Source: Bacteroidota bacterium (GTDB lineage Bacteria > Bacteroidota > Ignavibacteria > UBA10030). From it: a stretch of 59,955 nt of DNA. Within the stretch, counting starts at the first letter, position 1, and every line of letters begins with the position of its first letter. Shown in pieces: positions 37,589-46,813 of this stretch. The stretch spans positions 1 to 59,955 of the forward strand of contig JACVXU010000013.1 in assembly GCA_015661185.1 (NCBI GenBank). Reading direction: 5' to 3'. Below the pieces are notes generated by a model, which saw only the letters and a program-made list of their open reading frames with translations, did not search any database and was not told the origin of the DNA. Position numbers and translations under genes: made by a program.

Positions 37589-38761
37589 TTATTTATGCAT
37601 TGGTGTCCATTTCTTCGAACTTTTCGCGCTGGCAAGGACTGTCTCGATAAAGAGCATGCCGCGCAAACCGTCGTTCACATTGGGAAAATCGAGAGCAAGT
37701 TTATCCGGTTTTACCCCTTCGATGGATGCACGAACCGTCTCGGCAAAATTGCAGTAGATATTCGCGGACGCTTCGATGAATGCCTCTGGGTGACCGAAGG
37801 GAAGTCGTGTAGCGCGGGCGGCTGCAGGACTCTTCGCTCCGATGTACGAATTCCCCCGCCGGAATATTTGAACGGGACCGTCAGGTTCTTTTACATAGAG
37901 ATAGTTCGGATGTTCCTGATGCCATTCGAGACTTTTCTTGGTGCCATACACCCAGATGGCCAGATTATTTTCTTCGCCAATCGAAACCTGGCTGACATGC
38001 AAAATACCCTTTGCACCGTTCTCGAACTTCAAGAGACAATTACAATCGTCGTCGAGCCGGCGGTCTTTCACAAAGATGGTCAGATCGGCACAGACCTCTG
38101 TGATCTTCAGACCGGTGACATATTCCGAGAGGTTTTCTCCATGCGTGCCGATATCGCCCAATGCTCCAGCCGCACCGCTTTGTTCCGGATCCGTTCGCCA
38201 GACTGCTTGTACACTCCCTGTTTGTTCCAGCGGTGTGGCAAGCCACCCTTGCGGATATTGAACAACGATTTTTCGAATATCTCCCAATTCTCCAGCCCGT
38301 ACGAGATCGCGCGCCAGTTTTACCATCGGATATCCTGTATAATTGTGCATGAGAGCGAACACTTTTCTCGAGGCTTTTACGAGTTTCTTTAGTTCGCGGG
38401 CTTCCTGCGTATTGAACGTCATCGGCTTTTCACACATGACATGGAGGCCGGCATTGAGACAAGCCTGAGCGATCGGGAAGTGTGAGTTATTCGGTGTAAC
38501 GATGGTAACGCAATCGATTCTTTCCCCTTTTGGAAGTTGCCGTTCTTTTTTTATCATCTCTTCATAGCTGCCATAGACGCGCTTGGGATCAAGGAGGAGC
38601 TGCCTCCCTGTCTCCTGTGACTTTTTCAGCGTTCTGCTGAAGGCTCCGGCGACGATTTCTATTCCCCCATCCATTCGGGCAGCCTTCCGATGGACCTCTC
38701 CGATAAAAGCGCCGGGACCTCCGCCTGCCATTCCCAGTTTCAATGTTCGCTTGAGTTTCAT
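37589..38761 (-). CDS. Gfo/Idh/MocA-family oxidoreductase (no signal peptide)
   Basis: LKLGMAGGGPGAFIGEVH Rossmann motif, TPNNSHF...MCEKP. It is the first gene of the cluster. Confidence 0.85.
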   Translation of the reverse strand: MKLKRTLKLGMAGGGPGAFIGEVHRKAARMDGGIEIVAGAFSRTLKKSQETGRQLLLDPKRVYGSYEEMIKKERQLPKGERIDCVTIVTPNNSHFPIAQACLNAGLHVMCEKPMTFNTQEARELKKLVKASRKVFALMHNYTGYPMVKLARDLVRAGELGDIRKIVVQYPQGWLATPLEQTGSVQAVWRTDPEQSGAAGALGDIGTHGENLSEYVTGLKITEVCADLTIFVKDRRLDDDCNCLLKFENGAKGILHVSQVSIGEENNLAIWVYGTKKSLEWHQEHPNYLYVKEPDGPVQIFRRGNSYIGAKSPAAARATRLPFGHPEAFIEASANIYCNFAETVRASIEGVKPDKLALDFPNVNDGLRGMLFIETVLASAKSSKKWTPMHK

Positions 38762-39207
38762 GGATCCCCCGTAAGAGGTTTAGGAAAGAACTTCATTTGC
38801 GCTCTTGGAATAGTCTATCGCATCGAGATGCGGTGGATCACCCGAAAAGGAAGAATTGCCAAGGGGCAGCTTATGCATCATGATGAACGACATGATTGGT
38901 TCAACAACCGCAGGGGAAGCAATTTTAAGCTATATGTCGTCAAAGTCAAATGGACAAGAATCGGGTTTTGTTAGGAGGTACTTTGAGCGATGGATTGTGA
39001 TAGATTGTAGTGCTTCCTCTTGTAGTAGATGTTCGTGTCCAGGCCAGCGCTTCGCCTTCGGCTTCCTTCAGATTCTCCGCCATAGGACGGATGAGCCTCT
39101 GGCTCTCACCTCGCGGTGGACACCATTGCCGTTCGGCTTATGATTCCCCCCTGCCGGGGTCATAGGAGTCTTGGACTCCCTAGCCAATGCGCCCTGCGGT
39201 GCGCACC

Positions 39208-39242
39208 AAAAAAAACATCCCGCCTCAGAGAGACGGGATGTT
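39208..39242 (-). terminator. Rho-independent terminator downstream of the phosphofructokinase gene
   Basis: On the minus strand, a 9-bp stem (AACATCCCG / CGGGATGTT) with an 11-nt loop is followed by T8. It lies 49 nt after the stop at 39291. Confidence 0.8.
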
Positions 39243-39290
39243 TGTTTGCATCCGCATCGCGCGGGTGCACCAATCGGACGTCAGTCGAGT

Positions 39291-40451
39291 CTAGTACAGG
39301 AACATCGGCTTGCCGAGCAGGTGAGCCACCTTCGGCCGATAGTTTTCAGAGTCATACAACTCGTTGACATCGACCCGTTTCAGACCTTGCGTCAGCGTTT
39401 CAATAGGGACGGTCGTGTACTTGCCTTCCCGCAAGGCAACCATCTTCCCGAATTCCTTCTTCAATGCGAGATCCGTCGCCAGGTTGGCGTAGCTGATTGC
39501 AACCATGCGGTCAAGAGCATCGGGTTCACCGCTGCGCATCAGGTATGCGACTTTCTGATACACCGTGTGGACACCGGTGAGCTTTTTGAGCGCCTGCTCA
39601 GTCACCGCTCCAATACCTCCGAGCTTACGATGACCATAAGCGTCGGCTTCGCCATACTCCACTACCTGCCCGCCGAGGAGGTGCGCACCTTCAGACATCG
39701 TAACGACGGCATAGTTGCTCGGGTTGCTTGCTTTATCCTTCTCAACGAACCGCGCAAGTTTTTCCACATCGAACGGAACTTCTGAGATAAGCGCGCGATC
39801 CACGCCGGCGAGATAGGCGGAGATTAGAGCCGTTTCACCTGAGTTGCGACCGAAGAGTTCCACAACAGCAATGCGCTCATGCGAACCGGCAACTGTCCGG
39901 AGCGCTGTAATGAAATCCACACTGCGTGTCACCGCAGTTGAAAACCCGATGCAGTAGTCAGTACCGAAGACGTCATTGTCCATCGTTTTGGGAATCGCGA
40001 TTACCGGCACACCCTCTTTGTGCATGCGCACCGCGTAGCTCTGCGTATCGTCGCCACCGATGGTGATGAGGACATCGATCCCCAGATGCTCAATCGCTTT
40101 CAGGACGTGGGGAGTGAAATCTACCTTGTAGTCCTTCCCGAGTTTTTCGTGCTCGGTCGTCTTAAGAAAGCTCGGGATATCATCCGTTTTTACCTTCCCC
40201 GGGTTCGTGCGGGAGGTGTGCAGGAAGGTTCCGCCTGAGCGGTCGATGGTGCGGGTGTTGAGTTTGTTCAGATGGACGTAGTTGTCTCCTTCGTTGTCTT
40301 TTCGATTGAAATCGAAATTGAGCAATCCTCCCCATCCACGACGGATTCCAACCACTTCTGCGCCATTGTCGATTGCCCGGTAGACGACGGCTTTGATGCA
40401 GGGATTCAGGCCAGGCACATCACCGCCGCCTGTAAGTATTCCAATTCTCAT
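39291..40451 (-). CDS. pfp: 6-phosphofructokinase, probably pyrophosphate-dependent
   Basis: [25 protein letters not shown] (Asp where ATP-dependent enzymes have GGDGS), IPKTMDNDV (Lys where ATP-dependent enzymes have PGTIDND). Confidence 0.75.
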   Translation of the reverse strand: MRIGILTGGGDVPGLNPCIKAVVYRAIDNGAEVVGIRRGWGGLLNFDFNRKDNEGDNYVHLNKLNTRTIDRSGGTFLHTSRTNPGKVKTDDIPSFLKTTEHEKLGKDYKVDFTPHVLKAIEHLGIDVLITIGGDDTQSYAVRMHKEGVPVIAIPKTMDNDVFGTDYCIGFSTAVTRSVDFITALRTVAGSHERIAVVELFGRNSGETALISAYLAGVDRALISEVPFDVEKLARFVEKDKASNPSNYAVVTMSEGAHLLGGQVVEYGEADAYGHRKLGGIGAVTEQALKKLTGVHTVYQKVAYLMRSGEPDALDRMVAISYANLATDLALKKEFGKMVALREGKYTTVPIETLTQGLKRVDVNELYDSENYRPKVAHLLGKPMFLY

Positions 40452-40475
40452 TGTCTGGGTTCCTCTTGATCGTTG

Positions 40476-41270
40476 TTAGTGAAGTTTGTCGATACTCCAG
40501 CGATCCATCGCCTCCAACAGCCTGTAATCTGTTAGGTCATAATGGATGGGAGTAACGGATACATAGTTGTTTCGAATTGCAGATTGATCATATCCAAGCC
40601 CTTCATCACTGTCCTCCAGGGCGCCGGTCAACCAATAGTATTCTTTGTTGGCAGGATCCCTCCGCACATCGAACGTGTCGTTCCAAACTGCCCTCCCCTG
40701 TCGCGTCACGACAACACCCTTGATATCTTTCTCCGGCAGAGCCGGAACATTGACGTTCAGGAGCGTTCCCTCCGGTAGACCCTTCTTGATAACCAGTTCA
40801 GCCAGCCTCCGCGAAAATTTCGCTGCATATCTGAAATCCGCAGGACCATAGGTCGTCAAGGAAACGGCGATAGATGGAATGCCGAGGATTGTCCCCTCTG
40901 TCGCTGCCGACACAGTTCCCGAGTAGATGATACTGATGGCCGTGTTCGCACCGTGATTCACCCCCGACACCAGAAGATCCGGTTTCTTCTTGAGGAGCGC
41001 TCTCGCCGCAAGCTTGACAGAATCCGCCGGGGTACCCTCCACCGCGTAGCCGAAAAACACTCCGTTCTTCTTGAACTCTTTGGCACGAAGCGGAAAGTTC
41101 ATCGTGATTGCATGCCCCACCGCGCTCTGTTGCTTATCAGGTGCGACGACAGTCACATCGCCGATCTTCTTCAGTTCCTGGACGAGCGCGAAGATTCCCG
41201 GCGCATCGATACCGTCATCGTTTGAAACAAGGATGTTGAGTCTCTTTTTCGATTTCTTTTTCACGTCCAC
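40476..41270 (-). CDS. surE: 5'/3'-nucleotidase SurE
   Basis: ILVSNDDGIDAPGI, GVNHGANTA, YSGTVSAA. Confidence 0.92.
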   Translation of the reverse strand: MDVKKKSKKRLNILVSNDDGIDAPGIFALVQELKKIGDVTVVAPDKQQSAVGHAITMNFPLRAKEFKKNGVFFGYAVEGTPADSVKLAARALLKKKPDLLVSGVNHGANTAISIIYSGTVSAATEGTILGIPSIAVSLTTYGPADFRYAAKFSRRLAELVIKKGLPEGTLLNVNVPALPEKDIKGVVVTRQGRAVWNDTFDVRRDPANKEYYWLTGALEDSDEGLGYDQSAIRNNYVSVTPIHYDLTDYRLLEAMDRWSIDKLH

Positions 41271-41488
41271 CTATAATATAAAAAAATACCCATTCACACA
41301 ATCCCGACGCCGGGCTTCAGCCGATTCAGCCTTGATGATTTCAAGCGTACCGGAGACAATGACCACCAGACCGGCCTATCGGGGTCCCCATTCGATTCCG
41401 ATAGTTGGGATTTTCAAGGACCGGGTCATTCTTGCCAACAATTGTGCTGGAATTCCTCACGGCATCGCTTGAACAGTCTGTTTGTTCT

Positions 41489-42292
41489 TCACGTTCTCAC
41501 CACCCCGACTGATTCTTCATCGAAGAGATCCTCTTCCCCATCTCCGGTGCCCGATGGTGAGAACTCAATGCTCCACACCTGCTCGAAACTTTTTTTCAAA
41601 GCCAGTACGACCTCGTCACGTTCCACCCTTCTCTCAAGAGCTGAGGCGAGGTCGATCGTTTTCCCCTGCAGCTCAGATTTCAACGCATTGCGCTGATCAT
41701 CATCGAGAGCCTTCAAGAAATCGACGATCCTGAGATGATCCGGCCCCAGAAGGATCGATCCGTGCTGCAACACGACTTCCTCACCGTTCCGACGAGCGAA
41801 CCTCCGCTGCGCGCTTCCAACGAGTTTGCGTCCAGCGATTTGGATTTCGTACCGTGCAGCGCTGGCAAAGCATGCAACTGCCGATGATGAACGATAGAGG
41901 GAGGGGAAATGGGGTTGGGACTTCACCAGGGCGACCTTTGCACCGAGGACTCGGAGTCCGCCCATCAATGCTTCACTGACGTCCTGATAGACGGACAGAA
42001 CGCTCTTCTGCGATGCAACCAGGACAACACTGTACGTCACTTCATCGGAATGGAGGATCGCTCGTCCGCCGGTTGGGCGTCGCACCACATCGATTCCAGC
42101 TTCAGCACACTTTTCGAGGTCGATCTCTCCGATGTCCTGATGCCAACCGAGCGAAATAGCACGAGGATGCCAGCCATAGAATCGGACAACGGACGGACGA
42201 TCGCACGCCACGAGCGACTGTGCAAGTCTCTCGTCATACTTCATATTGAACGCGCCAGCCCGACACCCAGTATTCCGAAACTGCCAGACCAT
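41489..42292 (-). CDS. Lipoate-protein ligase / octanoyltransferase family protein (BPL_LplA_LipB catalytic domain only)
   Basis: VRRPTGGRAILHSDEVTYS and GRKLVGSAQRR (catalytic Lys region). Directly abuts the lpxA stop. Confidence 0.7.
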   Translation of the reverse strand: MVWQFRNTGCRAGAFNMKYDERLAQSLVACDRPSVVRFYGWHPRAISLGWHQDIGEIDLEKCAEAGIDVVRRPTGGRAILHSDEVTYSVVLVASQKSVLSVYQDVSEALMGGLRVLGAKVALVKSQPHFPSLYRSSSAVACFASAARYEIQIAGRKLVGSAQRRFARRNGEEVVLQHGSILLGPDHLRIVDFLKALDDDQRNALKSELQGKTIDLASALERRVERDEVVLALKKSFEQVWSIEFSPSGTGDGEEDLFDEESVGVVRT

Positions 42293-43084
42293 CTAGTGAT
42301 GAACGTAACCAGAAATGATACCGCGCTTGCTCTTTGCTATGAACGAAAGAACTGTTTCGACCTCGGGACATGGCTCGACTTCTTCCGCGATGCGGGCAAC
42401 CGCTTGCGAAACATTGAGGCTTGAACGGTAGATGAGACGGTAGGTCTTATCGAGCAATTCGATTGACTTTTCGGAGAACCCTCTGCGCCGCAGACCGATG
42501 ACGTTGAGCCTCTCAAAAATCAAAGGCTCGCTCCCAGCGAGGATGTACGGTGGCACATCTTTGACCACGCGGAACCCCCCACCGATCATAGCGTGATCAC
42601 CGATATGGCAAAACTGATGCACCGGTGTCAACCCGCCGAGGATGACCCAGCTCCCAACGTGCACATGACCACCGAGCGCAGAGCAGTTCGCGAGAATCAC
42701 ATTATCGCCCACGACGCAATCGTGACCAACGTGCGCATATGCCATGAACAGGCAATTGCTTCCAATGATCGTTCTGCCGGTCTCGGCTGTTGCCCGATTG
42801 AGTGTGACGAACTCGCGGACGACGGTGTTGTCGCCGATTTCAAGAGTCGTGGGCTCTCCTTTGAATTTGAGGTCTTGAGGAAAACCACCGATGGCTGCCA
42901 TGGGATGGATCCTGCACTCCCGCCCGATGCGGCTGCCGCTGTGAATCACAGCGTGCGCTCCGATCGTCGTCCCTTCACCGATGGCGACATCATCCTCGAT
43001 CACAGCAAATGGGCCAACCTGCACGCCATCGCTAATCGTGGCTTTGGGGCTCACGACTGCACGAGAATCAATGTGAATAGGCAT
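42293..43084 (-). CDS. lpxA: Acyl-ACP--UDP-N-acetylglucosamine O-acyltransferase
   Basis: Left-handed beta-helix hexapeptide repeats and a typical LpxA C-terminal helical domain. Sits in the lpxD-fabZ-lpxA context. Confidence 0.92.
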   Translation of the reverse strand: MPIHIDSRAVVSPKATISDGVQVGPFAVIEDDVAIGEGTTIGAHAVIHSGSRIGRECRIHPMAAIGGFPQDLKFKGEPTTLEIGDNTVVREFVTLNRATAETGRTIIGSNCLFMAYAHVGHDCVVGDNVILANCSALGGHVHVGSWVILGGLTPVHQFCHIGDHAMIGGGFRVVKDVPPYILAGSEPLIFERLNVIGLRRRGFSEKSIELLDKTYRLIYRSSLNVSQAVARIAEEVEPCPEVETVLSFIAKSKRGIISGYVHH

Positions 43085-44556
43085 TATTTCGAAGAAGGAT
43101 TCTTACTGGTGGTAGAAAGTTGGTAGGAGTCTGTGTGGTTTCCTGCTTTTGCCTGATTGTCTTCTCTGTCGACGATCGCGGCAGAGAAATCCCCCTCTGC
43201 GACGAGATTGCCGTCAACAAACGCCTGACCACGGATTTGAATGAATTTTGATCTTCTGCTGACCATCTGGACATCCAGAACAAGTTGATCGCCCGGTACA
43301 ACGGGTCTTCGAAACTTAACGTTGTTGATCGACATGAAGTACACCAGCTTGTTGCCGGGATTCTCGAGGCCGTTCAGCATCAGGATGCCTCCGACCTGTG
43401 CCATCGCTTCCACGATGAGGACGCCGGGCATCACAGGCTGATCGGGGAAATGACCCTGAAAAAACGGTTCGTTAAACGTCACGTTCTTCACTCCAACCAC
43501 CCGCTCGTCGAGCTGGAAATCGATGATCTTGTCGACGAGGAGAAAAGGATACCGATGGGGCAAGATGCGGGCAATAGCATTGACGTCAAAAATCACGCCT
43601 TCCTTTTTGACGTGCATGTACTTCTTGACCAGCTTTTTCTGCTGGTAGAGTTTGCGCACCTTCCGGGCAAACTCAATGTTACTCGCATGCCCGGGCCGCG
43701 CCGCCAGGATCTGCGCCTTCAACGGAGCCCCGATCAGCGCGAGGTCTCCGATCAGATCGACCAGCTTGTGCCGCGCGGGTTCGTTCTTGAAATGAAGTCG
43801 TTTCTCATTCAACACGCCCGTTGTGCCGAGAATGAGCGCGTGATCAATCCCGAGTTTGTGCGCCAGCTTCTTCAGTTCACCCTCAGACAAGTCACGGTCA
43901 ACGATGACGATCGCGTTGTCCAGGTTACCACCTCGAATCAATCCTTTGTCGCGCAACATCTCGACTTCGTGGAGGAAGCAAAACGTGCGGGAGGGAGCAA
44001 ACTCCGTGATGAATTCCTTCTCAAGGTTAAAAAGGCCGGTGTGCTGACTGCCCAGGGCCGGGTTATGGTAGTCAATCAACACCGTGACCCTGAAGTCATC
44101 AGTCGGAAGCGCAACAATCTCAACGCCTTTCTCTTCGTTCTGGTAGCGAATCGTCTGATCGATGATCAGATAATCCTTCGGGGCTTCCTGTTCCTGAACG
44201 CCGGATTCCAGGATCATATCGACGAAGGGCTTCGAGCTTCCGTCAGCGATCGGCGGCTCGATGTTGTCGAGCTCAATGATGACATTATCGACCTGAAGAC
44301 CCACGATTGCCGCCAGCACGTGCTCCACCGTGTGAATGCGTACGTCGCCGATACCGATCGTGGTCCCGCGTTCCACGCCGATCACATGGTCGACATCGGC
44401 CGGAATTTCGGGAGTCCCGCCGACGTCAACACGCCGGAACCGGATACCGTAATTCTCGGGCGCCGGCTTGAAGGTCATCGTTGTCTGCACTCCGGTGTGC
44501 AAACCGACGCCGGTCATCGTAACGGGTGTCTTGATCGTATGTTGCTGAACGAGCAT
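43084..44556 (-). CDS. lpxC/fabZ: Bifunctional UDP-3-O-acyl-GlcNAc deacetylase / 3-hydroxyacyl-ACP dehydratase (LpxC-FabZ fusion)
   Basis: LpxC N-terminus (QHTIKTPVTMTGVGLHTG, HVLAAI, HASN). FabZ C-terminus (LPHRYPFLLVDKI, FFQGHFPDQPVMPGVLIVEAMAQ). Shares a TAATG junction with lpxA. Confidence 0.93.
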   Translation of the reverse strand: MLVQQHTIKTPVTMTGVGLHTGVQTTMTFKPAPENYGIRFRRVDVGGTPEIPADVDHVIGVERGTTIGIGDVRIHTVEHVLAAIVGLQVDNVIIELDNIEPPIADGSSKPFVDMILESGVQEQEAPKDYLIIDQTIRYQNEEKGVEIVALPTDDFRVTVLIDYHNPALGSQHTGLFNLEKEFITEFAPSRTFCFLHEVEMLRDKGLIRGGNLDNAIVIVDRDLSEGELKKLAHKLGIDHALILGTTGVLNEKRLHFKNEPARHKLVDLIGDLALIGAPLKAQILAARPGHASNIEFARKVRKLYQQKKLVKKYMHVKKEGVIFDVNAIARILPHRYPFLLVDKIIDFQLDERVVGVKNVTFNEPFFQGHFPDQPVMPGVLIVEAMAQVGGILMLNGLENPGNKLVYFMSINNVKFRRPVVPGDQLVLDVQMVSRRSKFIQIRGQAFVDGNLVAEGDFSAAIVDREDNQAKAGNHTDSYQLSTTSKNPSSK

Positions 44557-44577
44557 GGTTTTTTCCGAAGAAGTTTT

Positions 44578-45636
44578 TTATGATTTCGTTTCGGAGAGCC
44601 GATTTCTCAACACCTCAAGCGACCTCTTCAGCTCCTCAACATCTTTGGCCAATTCAGGCAGAGATCGCGTGATAACTTCGATTTTCAATGCTCTCGCGTG
44701 ATCTTTCGCAGGTGAGCCCCAGTACGTTTTCCCAGGCTCTGTGGACTTGGAGACGCCCGTTTTCGCCATGAGCACTGTTTTGTCCGCGATCTCAATATGT
44801 CCGACGATTCCGACCTGCCCGGCTATGATGACATTTTTTCCAACCTTTGTGCTTCCGCTTATTCCCGTTTGAGCGGCGATAACAGTGTCCTCACCGAGGA
44901 CGACATTGTGAGCGATTTGAATGAGGTTGTCGAGTTTCACTCCTCTCTTGATCAGCGTCTGGCCGAGAGTCGCCCTATCAATCGTGCAGTTCGCTCCAAT
45001 CTCCACATCATCCTCAAGGACAACGATTCCCATCTGCGGGATCTTTTCATATGAGCCGTCTGGTTTCGGAGCAAAGCCGAATCCATCGCTCCCGATCACT
45101 GCACCTGCATGGATGATCACGCTCTTCCCCACCCGGCACCCATGATACACGCTGACATTCGGATACAACAGACAGTTCTCACCAATTGCGACACCATTAC
45201 CAATCACACATCCGGGAGCGATTTTCGTGTTGTCGCCGACGACGGCATCTTCGCCTACGGTGACGTGCGCACCGAGCGACACATTGTTCCCGATCGTTGC
45301 TGATGGAGGAACAACAGCTGTTGCGTGGATACCCTTCAAGAATGGATCCGGCATGGGCGTGAGGCGCTTCATGATCCGAAGAAACGCGACGTACGGATCA
45401 AGGACTTTGATGAAAGTAAGGCCCTCTCGTGAAGAGCCACGCTTCGAGTCAAAAGACGTGGACACAAGGATTGCGGATGCCCTGGTCGCCCCGACATGTT
45501 TCTCATACTTTGGATTCGACAAAAACGTCAGGTCGCCAGGACCGGCTTCCTCGATCTTGGCGACCCGGAGAATTTCTACTGCTTCATCCCCGCTAAGTTC
45601 ACCATGTACGAAGATCGCGACTTCTCGGGCTGTCAT
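44578..45636 (-). CDS. lpxD: UDP-3-O-acylglucosamine N-acyltransferase
   Basis: N-terminal LpxD domain (GDLTFLSNPKYEKH), hexapeptide repeats and a C-terminal helix. Confidence 0.92.
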   Translation of the reverse strand: MTAREVAIFVHGELSGDEAVEILRVAKIEEAGPGDLTFLSNPKYEKHVGATRASAILVSTSFDSKRGSSREGLTFIKVLDPYVAFLRIMKRLTPMPDPFLKGIHATAVVPPSATIGNNVSLGAHVTVGEDAVVGDNTKIAPGCVIGNGVAIGENCLLYPNVSVYHGCRVGKSVIIHAGAVIGSDGFGFAPKPDGSYEKIPQMGIVVLEDDVEIGANCTIDRATLGQTLIKRGVKLDNLIQIAHNVVLGEDTVIAAQTGISGSTKVGKNVIIAGQVGIVGHIEIADKTVLMAKTGVSKSTEPGKTYWGSPAKDHARALKIEVITRSLPELAKDVEELKRSLEVLRNRLSETKS

Positions 45637-45650
45637 GTGAAGACCTTGGA

Positions 45651-46190
45651 CTATTTACCGCCACCGGGCAAGATTGTGAGCTTCGCAAGCACCTTCTGCG
45701 TCAGGTCGTATTTGACATTGGCATACATAAGAAGGATCTCACCGCTCTTGTCGAAAACGTAATCAAATCCCTCTTCGAGCGCGACATCCTGGATCGCCTT
45801 GAATACACGATCCTGCACCGGCTTCATGAGCTCGTTCTGCTTCATGAACAAGTCGCCGTTTTGGCCGAACTTCTTGTTTCGATACTCCGCGATCTTTTGA
45901 TCGAGATCGCGCATTTCTTTCTCGGCATCGACCCGACGCTGCTCTGTCATGATCAGCTTGCGCTTCTCGTAGTCATCGAATTTCTTCTGCCAATCCTGCT
46001 GGAGCTTGTTCAACTCCGCCTGCCAGTCGACCACGATCTGATCCAGCTGTTTCTGCGCATCCTGTGCATCAGGCAACTGTTTCATGATGGCGTCGGTCGT
46101 GACGTAACCGATTTTCGCCTGACCCATCAGCAGCGACGGAATCGCAAGAGCCAGGAAGATCGAGATCCGCAAGATATTCTTCATGGTCAT
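45651..46190 (-). CDS. skp: OmpH/Skp-family periplasmic chaperone
   Basis: Signal peptide, coiled-coil Q/K/E-rich body and a C-terminal EGFDYVFDKS motif. Confidence 0.88.
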   Translation of the reverse strand: MTMKNILRISIFLALAIPSLLMGQAKIGYVTTDAIMKQLPDAQDAQKQLDQIVVDWQAELNKLQQDWQKKFDDYEKRKLIMTEQRRVDAEKEMRDLDQKIAEYRNKKFGQNGDLFMKQNELMKPVQDRVFKAIQDVALEEGFDYVFDKSGEILLMYANVKYDLTQKVLAKLTILPGGGK

Positions 46191-46254
46191 TCCCCACCTT
46201 TCTGCCCGTTCAATGATTCTACCTTCTCCCCCAAGCGCTACGGAATCTGCAGAA

Positions 46255-46759
46255 TTACTTTCCTTTGACCGCTGTTCCCCGCTTTAGCCGATCGATGACC
46301 TTGTACGTAAGGTCAACCCTGGCGTCGCCGTACAAAACGTTGGCTCGATCAAACACGAACGTGAAGCCGTCTTCCTTCGCGACTGCTTCGATGGCGCGAA
46401 GAACTTTCTCCCGGATCGGAGTAAGTCGCTTCTCACGTTCCTGCGCTGCCTCGCCTGTCCGAGCGTCAAGCTTCTGAGCCGCATATTCACGCAGCTTCAG
46501 GTTGAGATGGCGCCATGACTGACGACTGCTTCTGATACTCCTCCACCTGCTTCTGGAGACTGGCATTCATGCTCGCAACAGAATCCTGCCACCCCTTCAC
46601 AAGCGCGTCAAGTTCCTTTGAGGCTTTCTGCGCTTCGGGCAGCTCACCAAGGATTTTTTCGGAATCGACGAATGCAGCTTTCGATGTCTGCGCGGCAACA
46701 ACGCTGAAGGAGAGAACCAACGCAGCGACGAGAGCGATTATGATGAAAATGTTCTTCAC
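46255..46759 (-). pseudogene. Second OmpH/Skp-family chaperone gene interrupted by a single frameshift
   Basis: ORF 46487-46759 encodes the signal peptide plus the N-terminal half (AAFVDSEKILGELPEAQKASKELDALV...). ORF 46255-46566 in another frame encodes the C-terminal half (LNLKLREYAAQKLD...LTPIREKVLRAIEAVAKEDGFTFVFDRANVLYGD). The frames switch around 46490-46530. Confidence 0.7.
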
Positions 46760-46813
46760 GGTGTCCTCAAAATGAAGTTAGCGGTTAGAGTGATTTTCAA
46801 AGAATTGTATATG

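Noticed and set aside
37559-38392. 277-aa plus-strand ORF, along with similar long antisense ORFs at 3737-4618, 1276-1866, 2785-3405, 7381-8001, 55963-56826 and 50705-51325
   Set aside because: All lie opposite strongly supported genes and show no motifs. These are typical shadow ORFs in a moderately GC-rich sequence.
38900-39200. Possible RNase P, SRP, tmRNA or riboswitch identity of the structured intergenic region (CGGCTTAT, GGAGTCTTGGACTCC, CTGAAGGAAGCCGAAGG strings)
   Set aside because: Each resembles only a fragment of the respective conserved core, and in the wrong order or context. The region is kept as an unexplained structured region, not as a named RNA.
41271-41488. TTCGATTCC (tRNA T-loop-like) string in the 218-bp gap between the lipoate-ligase-family gene and surE
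   Set aside because: No flanking T-stem, acceptor stem or anticodon arm could be built, so it is not a tRNA or tmRNA.
43285-44583. 432-aa plus-strand ORF
   Set aside because: Entirely antisense to the LpxC-FabZ gene. The composition is a low-complexity mirror (many D/L/V/R), so it is a shadow ORF.
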